Shown one piece after another: positions 1 to 9,733 of a stretch of 64,000 nucleotides of DNA. The notes below the pieces were generated by a model that worked only from the letters and a program-made list of their open reading frames with translations, searched no databases and was not told the DNA's origin. Positions within the stretch are counted from its first letter, which is position 1, and each line of letters opens with the position of its first letter. Source of the DNA: an uncultured Planctomycetaceae bacterium (GTDB lineage: Bacteria; Planctomycetota; Planctomycetia; Isosphaerales; Isosphaeraceae); assembly GCA_963833985.1 (NCBI GenBank), contig CAWIAD010000002.1:4384001-4448000 (forward strand). The letters run 5' to 3'. The translations under genes were made by a program, and so were the position numbers.

Positions 1-710
1 AGGTCGTCTGGAAGGCCGAACCCGTGCAGCGCGCCGACGGACCGTCGGTGAAGATGAGCTATCTCAGCCCCGACGGCGAGGAAGGCTATCCGGGGAACCT
101 GACGGTGAGCGTCGAGTTCACGGTCACCGATCAGAATGAGCTGATGATCCAGTACCAGGCGAACACCGACAAGCGCACGCCGATCAATCTCTCCAATCAC
201 AGCTACTTCAACCTGGGCGGGAAGACATCCGATAGCATCCTGGGGCATGAGCTGGAGCTCACGGCCAGCCATTACACGCCGGTCGACGCCACGCTCATTC
301 CCACCGGCAAGGTCGCCACGGTCGAAGACACGCCGCTCGACTTTCGCAAGCTCACGCCGATCGGTTCGCGGATCAAGCAGCTGGCCACCAACCCGGTGGG
401 CTATGACCATAACTTCGTGCTCGACAGCCGGGGAAAGACCCTGGCCCTGGCGGCACGTGTATACGACCCGAAATCCGGCCGGCTGCTCCAGATCTCCACG
501 ACCGAGCCGGGCGTCCAGTTCTACACCGGCAATTTTCTGGACGGCACGATCAAGGGCAAGAGCGGAATCGCCTACATGCAGTACGGCGGCCTCTGCCTGG
601 AGACCCAGCACTACCCGGATTCGATCCACCACGAAGGCTTTCCGTCGGTCGTCCTGAACCCGGATGACACCTACAGGCAAACCACGGTGTACCGGTTCTG
701 GGCGAAGTGA
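1..710 (+). CDS. galM: Aldose 1-epimerase (galactose mutarotase), 5' end outside window
   Basis: Motifs DGEEGYPG, NHSYFNL, GYDHNF, QFYTGNFL, CLETQHYPD. Confidence 0.95.
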   Translation, partial: VVWKAEPVQRADGPSVKMSYLSPDGEEGYPGNLTVSVEFTVTDQNELMIQYQANTDKRTPINLSNHSYFNLGGKTSDSILGHELELTASHYTPVDATLIPTGKVATVEDTPLDFRKLTPIGSRIKQLATNPVGYDHNFVLDSRGKTLALAARVYDPKSGRLLQISTTEPGVQFYTGNFLDGTIKGKSGIAYMQYGGLCLETQHYPDSIHHEGFPSVVLNPDDTYRQTTVYRFWAK

Positions 711-885
711 TCGCCGAATTCGTCACGACCGCGCCAACCCAGCGCGACCGACCGGCTCTGCGCCCGCTGGCGTGTTGAGCTTGCGCGCACGAGGTGTCAT
801 AATGCGGGCCCGATCACCAGAATGAGGCGAGCCGCCGGTCCGGTTCCGGCTCACATGGCGCGTTGACCGCTCTCCCAGGGAACCC

Positions 886-2721
886 GTGACGATGCCCACA
901 CTGACGTGGATCGACTACCTGATCATGCTGATCTACCTGGCGTTCGTGCTGGGCATCGGCTTCGCGCTCAAGAAGTTCATGAAGACCAGCGAGGACTTCT
1001 TCCTCTCGGGGCGGTCGATCCCCGCGTGGGTGGCCGGGCTGGCGTTCATCTCCGCCAACCTGGGGGCGCAGGAGGTCATCGGCATGGCCGCGTCGGGGGC
1101 CAAGTACGGCATCGCCACCAGCCATTTCTACTGGGTGGGCGCGATCCCGGCGATGGTCTTCGTGGGCTTGTTCATGATGCCCTTCTACTACGGCTCGCGG
1201 GCGCACTCGGTGCCGGAATACCTGCGGCTGCGGTTCGACGAGAAGACGCGTGGACTGAACGCCATCACGTTCGCGGTGATGACGGTCTTCTCCAGCGGCA
1301 TCTCGATGTACGCCATGGCCAAGCTGATCATGCTGCTGCACGTCTTCGACGCGCCGGTGCTGGCGCTCGGCATGCCGCGGGACTGGATCTTCCACGCCAG
1401 CATCATCCTCTCGGCGCTCATCGTGCTGGGCTACGTCTACCTGGGCGGGCTCACGAGCGCCATCTACAACGAGGTGCTCCAGTTCTTTCTGATCGTCGCC
1501 GGCTTCCTGCCGCTGGTGCTCCTGGGCCTGAAGAACGTGGGCGGCTGGTCCGGCATGCAGGCGACGCTCGCGAGCATGGACAAAGAAGCGTTCACGCATA
1601 CCTGGGTCGGCATGCAGCATGCCAGCACGAATCCACTTGGCGTGGAGTGGTTCGGCCTGGTGATGGGGCTGGGGTTCGTACTCTCCTTCGGCTACTGGTG
1701 CACGGACTTCCTGGTGGTGCAGAGAGCCATGGCGGCCGACAGCATGACGTCGGCCCGGCGCACGCCGTTGATTGCCGCGCTGCCGAAGATGTTCTTCCCG
1801 TTCCTGGTGATCCTGCCGGGCCTGATCGCCATCACGCTGCCCACCCCGAAGTCCGAACCCGCCCCGGCAGCCGGCGACGGGCCTGCGCTGACGATCCCCG
1901 CCGTGCAGGGAATCATCCCGGCCAAGGTGGACTACTGGACCGGAAAGCTCGAGCTCGATCCCCAGGGCCGCCTGGTGCCCGACTACGACATGGCGATCCC
2001 CCAGATGCTGCTGAAGTACTTTCCGGCCGGCATGCTGGGCCTCGGGCTCACGGCCCTTTTGGCCAGCTTCATGTCGGGCATGGCCGGCAACGTCACGGCG
2101 TTCAACACCGTCTGGACGTACGACATTTACAAGGCCTACCTGCATTCCCGTGCGAGCGACCGGCATTACCTCTGGATGGGGCGCTTCGCCACGCTCTTCG
2201 GCACGGTCATCTCGATTGCGGCCGCCTACCTGGTGTCGCGCTTCAACAACATCATGGACGCCTTGCAGCTCGTCTTCGGGTTCGTGAATGCGCCCCTGTT
2301 CGCGACGTTCCTGCTGGGGATGTTCTGGAAGCGAGCGACCGGCCACGGGGCGTTCTCGGGATTGCTGGCCGGCACCGGAGCGGCAGCCATTTTCCACGGC
2401 CTTTGTCTGCCCGCCGGCGGCGAGCCCGGTATCAAGGGGGGCTGGCTGACGGACCTCGCCGGAGCCAGCCCGGTTTACACGTTCCCCACCGAGATGGCCC
2501 AGAACTTCTGGATGGCCATCTTCGCGTGGACCTTCTGCTTTGTCGTGACGATTGCCGTCAGCCTGTTCACCCGTCCGCGTCCCGACGGCGAGCTGGTGGG
2601 GCTGGTTTACGCCTTGACGGACAAGCCCCAGGAAGGCCACCTCACCTGGTACCAACGGCCGCTGGCCCTGGGAATCATCGTGCTGGTGATGACCCTGGCA
2701 CTCAACTTCCTGTTCTATTGA
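886..2721 (+). CDS. Sodium:solute symporter (SSS) family, probable sugar transporter
   Basis: Multi-TM protein with EDFFLSGRS, SANLGA, YWCTDFLVVQRAMAA motifs. Confidence 0.93.
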   Translation: MTMPTLTWIDYLIMLIYLAFVLGIGFALKKFMKTSEDFFLSGRSIPAWVAGLAFISANLGAQEVIGMAASGAKYGIATSHFYWVGAIPAMVFVGLFMMPFYYGSRAHSVPEYLRLRFDEKTRGLNAITFAVMTVFSSGISMYAMAKLIMLLHVFDAPVLALGMPRDWIFHASIILSALIVLGYVYLGGLTSAIYNEVLQFFLIVAGFLPLVLLGLKNVGGWSGMQATLASMDKEAFTHTWVGMQHASTNPLGVEWFGLVMGLGFVLSFGYWCTDFLVVQRAMAADSMTSARRTPLIAALPKMFFPFLVILPGLIAITLPTPKSEPAPAAGDGPALTIPAVQGIIPAKVDYWTGKLELDPQGRLVPDYDMAIPQMLLKYFPAGMLGLGLTALLASFMSGMAGNVTAFNTVWTYDIYKAYLHSRASDRHYLWMGRFATLFGTVISIAAAYLVSRFNNIMDALQLVFGFVNAPLFATFLLGMFWKRATGHGAFSGLLAGTGAAAIFHGLCLPAGGEPGIKGGWLTDLAGASPVYTFPTEMAQNFWMAIFAWTFCFVVTIAVSLFTRPRPDGELVGLVYALTDKPQEGHLTWYQRPLALGIIVLVMTLALNFLFY

Positions 2722-2742
2722 GCCACGCGAGACGAGCCTGCC

Positions 2743-2967
2743 ATGAACCTTGATATCCGGCTGCCGATCGGCCTCCTGTTCGCCACGCTGGGCGGGCTGC
2801 TGGTGGTTTACGGGCTGTACACGCAGTTCATGCAGCCGACCATCTACGAGCGATCGCTGGAGATCAATGTCAACCTCTGGTGGGGACTGGTGATGCTTGC
2901 CTTCGGCGGACTGATGACCTACCTCGGCCGGCGCGGATCGGCCGCCAGGCCGCAGCAAACCAACTGA
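2743..2967 (+). CDS. Small 2-TM membrane protein, probable SSS partner
   Basis: 74 aa, two hydrophobic segments, NLWWG motif, directly after the SSS gene. Confidence 0.8.
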   Translation: MNLDIRLPIGLLFATLGGLLVVYGLYTQFMQPTIYERSLEINVNLWWGLVMLAFGGLMTYLGRRGSAARPQQTN

Positions 2968-2985
2968 CCTGGAGACTCGACCACG

Positions 2986-4707
2986 ATGCCTGGCCTGCCC
3001 TTGCTGCTTGCCGCCGAGACCGTGACCACGAAGCTGCTGTCGCTCAGCCTGCCCGACGTGGTGATCATCATCGCCTACTTCGTCATGGTGCTGGGCATCG
3101 GCTGGTATCTCAAACGGCAGACGCAGACCGGTGAAGACTTCTTTCTGGCCGGCCGTGAGATGACCGCCTGGATCGCGGGCCTGAGCTTCCTCTCCGCCAA
3201 CCTGGGCTCGCTGGAGCTCATGGGATGGGCGGGGGCCGCATACCAGTATGGCATCCTCGCCACCCACTGGTACTGGATTGGCGCCATCCCGGCGATGCTC
3301 TTCCTGGGCATCGTCATGATGCCCTTTTATTACATCTCCAAGACGCACTCGGTGCCCGGCTACCTCCAGCTTCGCTTCGGCGAGAACAGCCGGGCGTTCG
3401 CGGCCATCTCGTTCGCGCTCATGACCATTCTCATGAGCGGTGTGAACATGTTCGCCATGGCCAGCGTGATGAAGGTCGTGCTGGGCTGGGACATCAACTT
3501 CAGCATCTGGGTCTCGTCGCTCACCGTGGCCGCGTATGTCTCGCTGGGCGGGCTGAAATCGGCCATCTTCAACGAGGTGCTCCAGTTCGTCCTGATCTGG
3601 GCCGGCGCCATGCTCATCCCGATTCTGGGCCTGGTGGAGGCCGGCGGGTGGGAAAACTTGAAGTTGCAGATTGCCGAACGGCTGGGCCGCGCCGATTACA
3701 CCCACGCCTGGAGCACGCTCGGCTCGTTCCAGGGCAACCCGATGGGCATCCACTGGACGGGCATCGTCTTCGGCCTGGGCTGGGTGATCTCGTTCGGGTA
3801 CTGGACGACAGACTTTCTGGTCGTCCAGCGAGTGCTCTCGGCCAAGGACCTGCGCTCCGCCAAGCTGGCGCCGATCATCGGCGCGGCGTTCAAGATGATG
3901 GTCCCGTTCATCGTCATCTTGCCGGGGCTGCTGGGACTGGCGGTGCTGGACGTGAAGCTCCTGCCCGAGAGCGAGGTCGCCGCCAACCCGGGGGCCTATA
4001 GCTACAATGACGTCCTGCCGCTGATGATGGCCCGTTATCTCGGGCCCGGACTGCTTGGCCTGGGCATCACGGCGCTCATCGCCGGGTTCATGGCCGGCAT
4101 GGCAGGGAACGTGAGTGCCTTCGCCACCGTCTGGACCTATGACATCTACCGGGCGTTCTTCAAGAAGGACGCCAGCGATGCGCACTACGTGAGCATGGGA
4201 CGCTGGTGCACGGTCATCGGCATCTTCGTCAGCATTGGCACGGCGTACCTGGTGATGCAGTTCTCCAGCATCATGGACTACGTGCAGGCTCTCTTCAGCT
4301 TCTTCATCGCCCCGCTCTTCGGTACGGTCCTGCTGGGCATGCTCTGGAAGCGCGCGACCCCGGCCGGCGGCTTCTGGGGCTTGCTGGCGGGGACGGTGTC
4401 CTCGATTGCCATGTGGTTCTGGGTGTTCATGAGGCCCGACGCGCTGGCGTACGTCGCGCTCTCGCCGCATGCCAAGCCGATGGCCGAGAACATGTACCGC
4501 GGGCTCTGGTCCTGGATCATCTGCGTGGGCGTGACGGTGGCCGTGAGTCTTGTGACGAAGCCAAAGACCGACAAGGAGCTCGTCGGCCTCGTGTACGGCT
4601 GCACGCCGGTTCCTTCCGAACTGCATATGCCGGTCTGGAAACGGCCGATTTTCTGGGCGGGCGTCGTCGCCGCCGTCTTCGTCGCGCTCAACGTGATCTT
4701 CTGGTGA
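2986..4707 (+). CDS. Second SSS family symporter, paralog of 886..2721
   Basis: EDFFLAGR, SANLGS, YWTTDFLVVQRVLSA motifs. Confidence 0.93.
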   Translation: MPGLPLLLAAETVTTKLLSLSLPDVVIIIAYFVMVLGIGWYLKRQTQTGEDFFLAGREMTAWIAGLSFLSANLGSLELMGWAGAAYQYGILATHWYWIGAIPAMLFLGIVMMPFYYISKTHSVPGYLQLRFGENSRAFAAISFALMTILMSGVNMFAMASVMKVVLGWDINFSIWVSSLTVAAYVSLGGLKSAIFNEVLQFVLIWAGAMLIPILGLVEAGGWENLKLQIAERLGRADYTHAWSTLGSFQGNPMGIHWTGIVFGLGWVISFGYWTTDFLVVQRVLSAKDLRSAKLAPIIGAAFKMMVPFIVILPGLLGLAVLDVKLLPESEVAANPGAYSYNDVLPLMMARYLGPGLLGLGITALIAGFMAGMAGNVSAFATVWTYDIYRAFFKKDASDAHYVSMGRWCTVIGIFVSIGTAYLVMQFSSIMDYVQALFSFFIAPLFGTVLLGMLWKRATPAGGFWGLLAGTVSSIAMWFWVFMRPDALAYVALSPHAKPMAENMYRGLWSWIICVGVTVAVSLVTKPKTDKELVGLVYGCTPVPSELHMPVWKRPIFWAGVVAAVFVALNVIFW

Positions 4708-4719
4708 GGTTCTCCCGTC

Positions 4720-4938
4720 ATGACATCCGACTCTCATCTCTCGATCTGGTTCTTCGTGGGCATCCTGCTGGCCTTCTACGGGATGATCATCACCATCTCG
4801 GGCATCTACGGCCTCTTCGTTCCGCCCGCGGTGCACCTGGCAAAGTACCACGCCGACCTCTGGTGGGGGCTCATCCTGCTCGCCATCGGCGTCTTCTACT
4901 GCTACCACTTCGCCCCGCGCAAGAGCCAGCCGCAATAA
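4720..4938 (+). CDS. Small 2-TM membrane protein, probable SSS partner
   Basis: 72 aa, two TM segments, DLWWG motif echoing the 2743 protein. Confidence 0.8.
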   Translation: MTSDSHLSIWFFVGILLAFYGMIITISGIYGLFVPPAVHLAKYHADLWWGLILLAIGVFYCYHFAPRKSQPQ

Positions 4939-5467
4939 CGTCTCTCTGCCTTCAGCAATGCGTGCAAGGCGATTTCCTCCCGTCGGCATGGATGCGTGGA
5001 TTCCATTTCTCCGCGCGCGTTGTGGACGTCTGTCCCTCCCCTGAGACGCAGTGGGAGTGCAATTCCTGCGTGGGGCGGGCAACGGTCCATCATGTGCTGA
5101 TAATCGCGAGACCCTGCGTCGCCCGTTCCAACCACATGCGTGGCAGGCAGTTTTCTGGCTTTCGATCTCGCGTGATCATTTTCCGGGGTGTCCTGATGCA
5201 AGGACCAGATTGTTCTGTTACAACAGAAGAGATCGAAAGACTCTGTCAAAAGTTTTTGCAAAGATCATTCAGCAGCGCAAGTAAAATAAGGGTTCCGGTA
5301 GGGTCAGTCTCGTGCCTAGCTCCTGCTCAGCAGGCTCGGCACAACCCTCGCCCTCCCGACAGAACTGGTCCGCGATGCCGTTTTGGGGGCCAAGCATGGG
5401 AACCAGGCGTGTTTCTCATGAAGTCAGAGAATTGAATCTGGATGAGAATAATCTGAATTCGCAGCCC

Positions 5468-6238
5468 ATGGAGATCGGCTCGGTCGAAGCCGCTCGGGGC
5501 CGGATTTACGCCCTTCTTGGAGCGCTCTTTTCCCATCCGGACACGGGCAAGTGGGGACCGGTGCTCAACGCCCAGGAGCAGCACCTGGCCATCGCCACGG
5601 CGGACCGGTTCATCGAGCTTGCCCGTGCCGCACGCTATCCGATCCGCAGCGAGGAGTTGCCCTGCGAGGAACTCGATCTCCGATTCCTGGTGGTTGAGCT
5701 TTGCCAGCCGCTCGACCATTTGAAGGCGGAGTACGAGCGGGTGCTCTGCGCCCGGCAGAAATCTTCCGGCTGCTCGCCCTTCGCGCTGGATCACGGTGCG
5801 CCCAGGGATGACGCATTGCTTGCCCGGACCCTCGCACAACTGGAAGAGACCTACACGATGTTCGGGTTCGCCCCCGGCGGCAAGGCTCCCGCGCGGGCCG
5901 ACCACATCGCCTATGAACTGGAGTTCATGAACTGGCTGATCACCCAGCGCCGGCAGGCCTCGCGGCTGGCACTCTTCGATCGGCAGGCGGCCGAGCTGAT
6001 CGTGGCGTGCGAGCTTGCTCAGAGACGCTTCTTCGGCGATCATCTGGAAGGCACTCTGGGGCCGCTCTCCGCTTGTTTACGAAAGTACACTAGTGGAGGG
6101 TATTTCGAGCCGCTGGGGCGGTTCCTGGCGGCATGGGTGCCCCTGGAACGCCATCTGCTCCAGGCGGCGCTGCACGCGCGGGGTGCCGGCACGGGTTCTT
6201 CCATTGCCTCCGACCCCGGCGCATCGTCGGTGGCCTGA
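5468..6238 (+). CDS. TorD/DmsD-family molecular chaperone
   Basis: RADHIAYELEFM motif and QRRFFGDHL; start chosen at ATG 5468. Confidence 0.75.
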   Translation: MEIGSVEAARGRIYALLGALFSHPDTGKWGPVLNAQEQHLAIATADRFIELARAARYPIRSEELPCEELDLRFLVVELCQPLDHLKAEYERVLCARQKSSGCSPFALDHGAPRDDALLARTLAQLEETYTMFGFAPGGKAPARADHIAYELEFMNWLITQRRQASRLALFDRQAAELIVACELAQRRFFGDHLEGTLGPLSACLRKYTSGGYFEPLGRFLAAWVPLERHLLQAALHARGAGTGSSIASDPGASSVA

Positions 6239-6294
6239 AGTGGCCCCAGCCGTCCGCGCAGCTGTTCCGTTGACGTCACAAGGAGGTCGAGGTC

Positions 6295-7443
6295 ATGGAT
6301 TTTGGCTTGTCTGAACGAGCGCAGAAGTGGCACGACGCGGCGGTTCAGTTCGCTCGCGACGAGCTGGCCGACACGGAAGCGGCCGCGCGCGAACAGCGCG
6401 GGGAGTTCTGGCGCGAGGGCTACCAGCGGTGCGGCCGGTTCGGACTGCTCGGCCTTCCCGTGCCCGGGGAATATGGGGGCCAGGGCGAGGACATTCCCAC
6501 GGCCGTCGCCGCGATGGAGGGGCTGGGGTACGGCTGCGCGGACACCGGGCTGATCTTCGCACTCAACGCATCGCTCTGGACCATCACGATGCCGATCCTC
6601 AGCTTCGGCACCGAGGCCCAGAAGCAGCGTTACCTGCCAGGCCTGTGCGACGGCCGCAGCTTTGGCGCCAACGGGGCGAGCGAGCCGGAAGCCGGCTCCG
6701 ACATCTTCAGCATGAGCACCCGGGCCCAGCGGCGGGGTGATCAGTGGGTCCTCAACGGCCGCAAGGTGTGGATCACAGGCGGACCGATCGCGGACGTCTT
6801 CCTCTGCTTCGCCACCACCGATCCGACCAAAGGGGTGCTGGGGATCACGGCATTCCTCATCGACCGCGACACCCCCGGGTTCCACGTCGTGCGCGAGATC
6901 CCCAAGCTGGGCATGCGCACGGCACCCATGGGAGAGCTGGTCTTCGAGGACTGTGCGCTGCCGGCGGAGAACCTGCTGGGCCGCGAGGGACGCGGAGCGC
7001 GGATCTTCAACGCCGCCCTGGAATGGGAGCGAGGCGCCATCCTGGCCAGCGTCGTCGGCACGATGCGCCGCCAGGTCGACCGCTGCATCCAGCAAGCCCG
7101 CACGCGCAAGCAGTTCGGGCAGCCGATCGGCAAGTTCCAGTCGGTCTCGAACCGCATCGTCGACATGATGACGCGGCTGGAGACCAGCCGGTGGATGGTT
7201 CACCGCTACGCCTGGCTGAAGTCGCAGGGAAAAGACGCCACCGTCGCGGCGTCGATGGCCAAGCTGCACGTGTCGGAGTGTTTCGTGCAGAACAGCATCG
7301 ACGCGGTGCGGACCTTCGGCGCCTCGGGTTACACGGTCGAGACCGGCCTGGAGCGCGACGTCCGCGACAGCATCGGCGGCGTGCTCTTCTCCGGCACCAA
7401 TGACATCCAGCGCAACATCATCGCCCAGCACCTGCGGCTCTGA
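6295..7443 (+). CDS. Acyl-CoA dehydrogenase family, resembling prolyl-carrier-protein dehydrogenases
   Basis: SEPEAGSD, LNGRKVWIT, RKQFGQPIGKFQ, FSGTNDIQRNII. Confidence 0.9.
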   Translation: MDFGLSERAQKWHDAAVQFARDELADTEAAAREQRGEFWREGYQRCGRFGLLGLPVPGEYGGQGEDIPTAVAAMEGLGYGCADTGLIFALNASLWTITMPILSFGTEAQKQRYLPGLCDGRSFGANGASEPEAGSDIFSMSTRAQRRGDQWVLNGRKVWITGGPIADVFLCFATTDPTKGVLGITAFLIDRDTPGFHVVREIPKLGMRTAPMGELVFEDCALPAENLLGREGRGARIFNAALEWERGAILASVVGTMRRQVDRCIQQARTRKQFGQPIGKFQSVSNRIVDMMTRLETSRWMVHRYAWLKSQGKDATVAASMAKLHVSECFVQNSIDAVRTFGASGYTVETGLERDVRDSIGGVLFSGTNDIQRNIIAQHLRL

Positions 7444-7549
7444 GGCGGCCGCAGCGCGGGCGGCCGCGACCATGGACCGCACGAGAACTCGCTGCCGCGC
7501 CGGTGCGGATACCCCTCCAGAGCGATTCAAGGAAGCCGGATCGAGTCCC

Positions 7550-8638
7550 ATGCTCAGGCTGCTGCGGAAGCTGACCGACGGCCGCGGCCGGCCGCAACTG
7601 GCCCGTTCCAGGCGTGCTGAGCAGATGTCTCCGTGGCGGCGCGGATCCGTGCGCCGGATCGTCTTTGGCTTCGTGCTGCTGGGCATTGTGCTGGTCTACG
7701 GCACGGCCGGTTACATGATGATGGGATGGTCGTTCATGGATGCCTTTTACCAGGTGTTCATCACCATCTCGGCGGTCGGCCTGACGGAGGTCCACCCGCT
7801 TTCCTCGACCCCGCTCCGCGTCCATACCATGCTGGTCATTGCCCTGGGACTTTTCTCGGTGGCATTCACGCTCGGTGGCTTCGTGACGCTTCTGACGGAA
7901 GGCGAGTTCCAGAAATACCTGGGGCAGCAGCGCATGATGAGGCAGATCAATACACAAGAGAAACACACGGTGATCGCCGGCTTCGGCCGCATCGGGGCGC
8001 TGGTCTGCGAGGGCCTGGCCGGCTCGGGAATGCCGTTCGTGATCATAGAGCAGGATCCGGGCCGGGTGGCCGAGATGGAAGCTCGGGGCTTCCTCTACCT
8101 GCTGGGCGACGCGACCGATGAGGCCGTGCTGCGGGACGCCGGAGTCGAGCGCGCCAAGGTGCTCGTCACTTCCATGCCCAACGACGCGGCGAACGTGTTC
8201 ATCACGCTCACGGCACGCGAGCTGGCACCCCAGCTACTGATCATCGCGCGCGCCGAGCAGCCGAGCACCCAGAAGAAACTTCGCCAGGCCGGTGCCAATC
8301 ATGTGATCATGCCGGCGGCCATCGGCGCCCACCGCATCGTGTCGCTCCTGACAAACCCCACGGCTTTCGAATTCGTGGAGCTGGTGACCCAGCGGTCCAG
8401 CCTTGCCATCGAGATGGACGAGATCCCGATCCGGGCTGACAGCCCCCTGGCGCAGCACACGCTCCGCGATGCCGACATCGGCAGGCGCACCGGCGTGCTG
8501 GTGATGGCCGTGAAACGCAGTGACGGCCGTCTCGAGTTTCCCCCGGGCGGAGACGATCCGTTCGAGCCGGGTGATAGCATCGTCCTGCTCGGCCGCCGCG
8601 CCAACCTTGACCAGTTCCGTGAAGAGTTTGGCGTGTGA
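7550..8638 (+). CDS. 2-TM ion channel with TrkA-N/TrkA-C (RCK) domains
   Basis: TM-pore-TM followed by IAGFGRIG and GDATDEAVL; start uncertain (7550 or 7625). Confidence 0.88.
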   Translation: MLRLLRKLTDGRGRPQLARSRRAEQMSPWRRGSVRRIVFGFVLLGIVLVYGTAGYMMMGWSFMDAFYQVFITISAVGLTEVHPLSSTPLRVHTMLVIALGLFSVAFTLGGFVTLLTEGEFQKYLGQQRMMRQINTQEKHTVIAGFGRIGALVCEGLAGSGMPFVIIEQDPGRVAEMEARGFLYLLGDATDEAVLRDAGVERAKVLVTSMPNDAANVFITLTARELAPQLLIIARAEQPSTQKKLRQAGANHVIMPAAIGAHRIVSLLTNPTAFEFVELVTQRSSLAIEMDEIPIRADSPLAQHTLRDADIGRRTGVLVMAVKRSDGRLEFPPGGDDPFEPGDSIVLLGRRANLDQFREEFGV

Positions 8639-8764
8639 ACGCTGCGGGCCAGACATCGGACACTCGAGAGCTTGACCGTGCTGGACCGCGCTGGCCCTCG
8701 GTCCCCTCCGCACTGTACGATGAGGCCAAGGTCCGAACCGGATAGCGCTGAGGTACCCCAATCC

Positions 8765-9064
8765 ATGGCCGACTACTCGCCCTACCAGAAGAAGATCATC
8801 GATCGCTACTACAAGAACTTCGACGCGATCAAGCACCAGCAGCTCTCGGAGCTGGCCACCGAGCTCTACCTTGCCGATGGTAAGAAGGCGGATCGGCTCT
8901 GGAAACGCGCCGAGCAGAGCCTCCGCCAGCTCGAGTTCCCCGAGTCGCGCATCACCTATCTGCTCGCGAAGCGCGACCCGGCGATCCTGGTGGAGTTCCT
9001 CGCCGGTATTGGCCGCACCGCGGGCAAGCCGCGCTCCGGGCAGCCGGGAGAACCCGGATCGTGA
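8765..9064 (+). CDS. Hypothetical protein
   Basis: MADYSPYQKKIIDRYY...; protein-like composition and coding-type codon bias. Confidence 0.75.
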   Translation: MADYSPYQKKIIDRYYKNFDAIKHQQLSELATELYLADGKKADRLWKRAEQSLRQLEFPESRITYLLAKRDPAILVEFLAGIGRTAGKPRSGQPGEPGS

Positions 9065-9733
9065 CCGATCGCAACCGAGGCTTCGCGCCGCGTTTTTGTG
9101 GTCCCATGTGATCCGGTCCGTCCCGATCAGGTTTTCCGCCTATTTCACCATGCTGGAAGCAGCCAGATCAGTTCGCTGCCATAAAAAACAGCCACCAATC
9201 CTCTCTGTTTAAGCATCACTGTCAAGCTCATGACCTGGCTGAGCAGTCGTGGAAGCTGGCTTCCTGTCACGGACCGGCCAGCGGGACAGTGGGCTCGCGT
9301 CCCGCTCGCGACTCGCCTGCTCGGCTGCTTATATACCAAGATGGACAAAGCAAGAATTATCGTGGGAATGATTGGTTCCGGATGCGGATTGTCTTGCGAT
9401 CCAGCACGTCAAGACGAACCTTTTCGGACCCCTTGCCGCATGTCCGGCAGTGCGCCGTGACGAGGCTGCGGCGCCGATGAGCCTTTTTCCCGCGAAGATT
9501 CGCCTCGCTGTGGTTCGGCTATGATCGGTGGCACGTCGGCCCGGATGTGGAACAAATCGCTTTATTTTTCCGTTTCGGCTTCTTGACTGAGAAAGCTGGG
9601 TTTTGTAGAGTTTTTTTTACAAGACTGAAAGCCGCCTCCCGGCTCCCGGTGAACGGTGCCATACGTTCGGACGCTGGCCGTCTGAATCGTTCGTGTTGGG
9701 ACGTTTTTCCTCTTCACACAACTCAATGGCGAG

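Noticed and set aside
814..5082. 1422-aa minus-strand ORF
   Set aside because: Antisense shadow of four same-frame, high-GC3 genes; Arg/His/Gly-rich composition with no motifs
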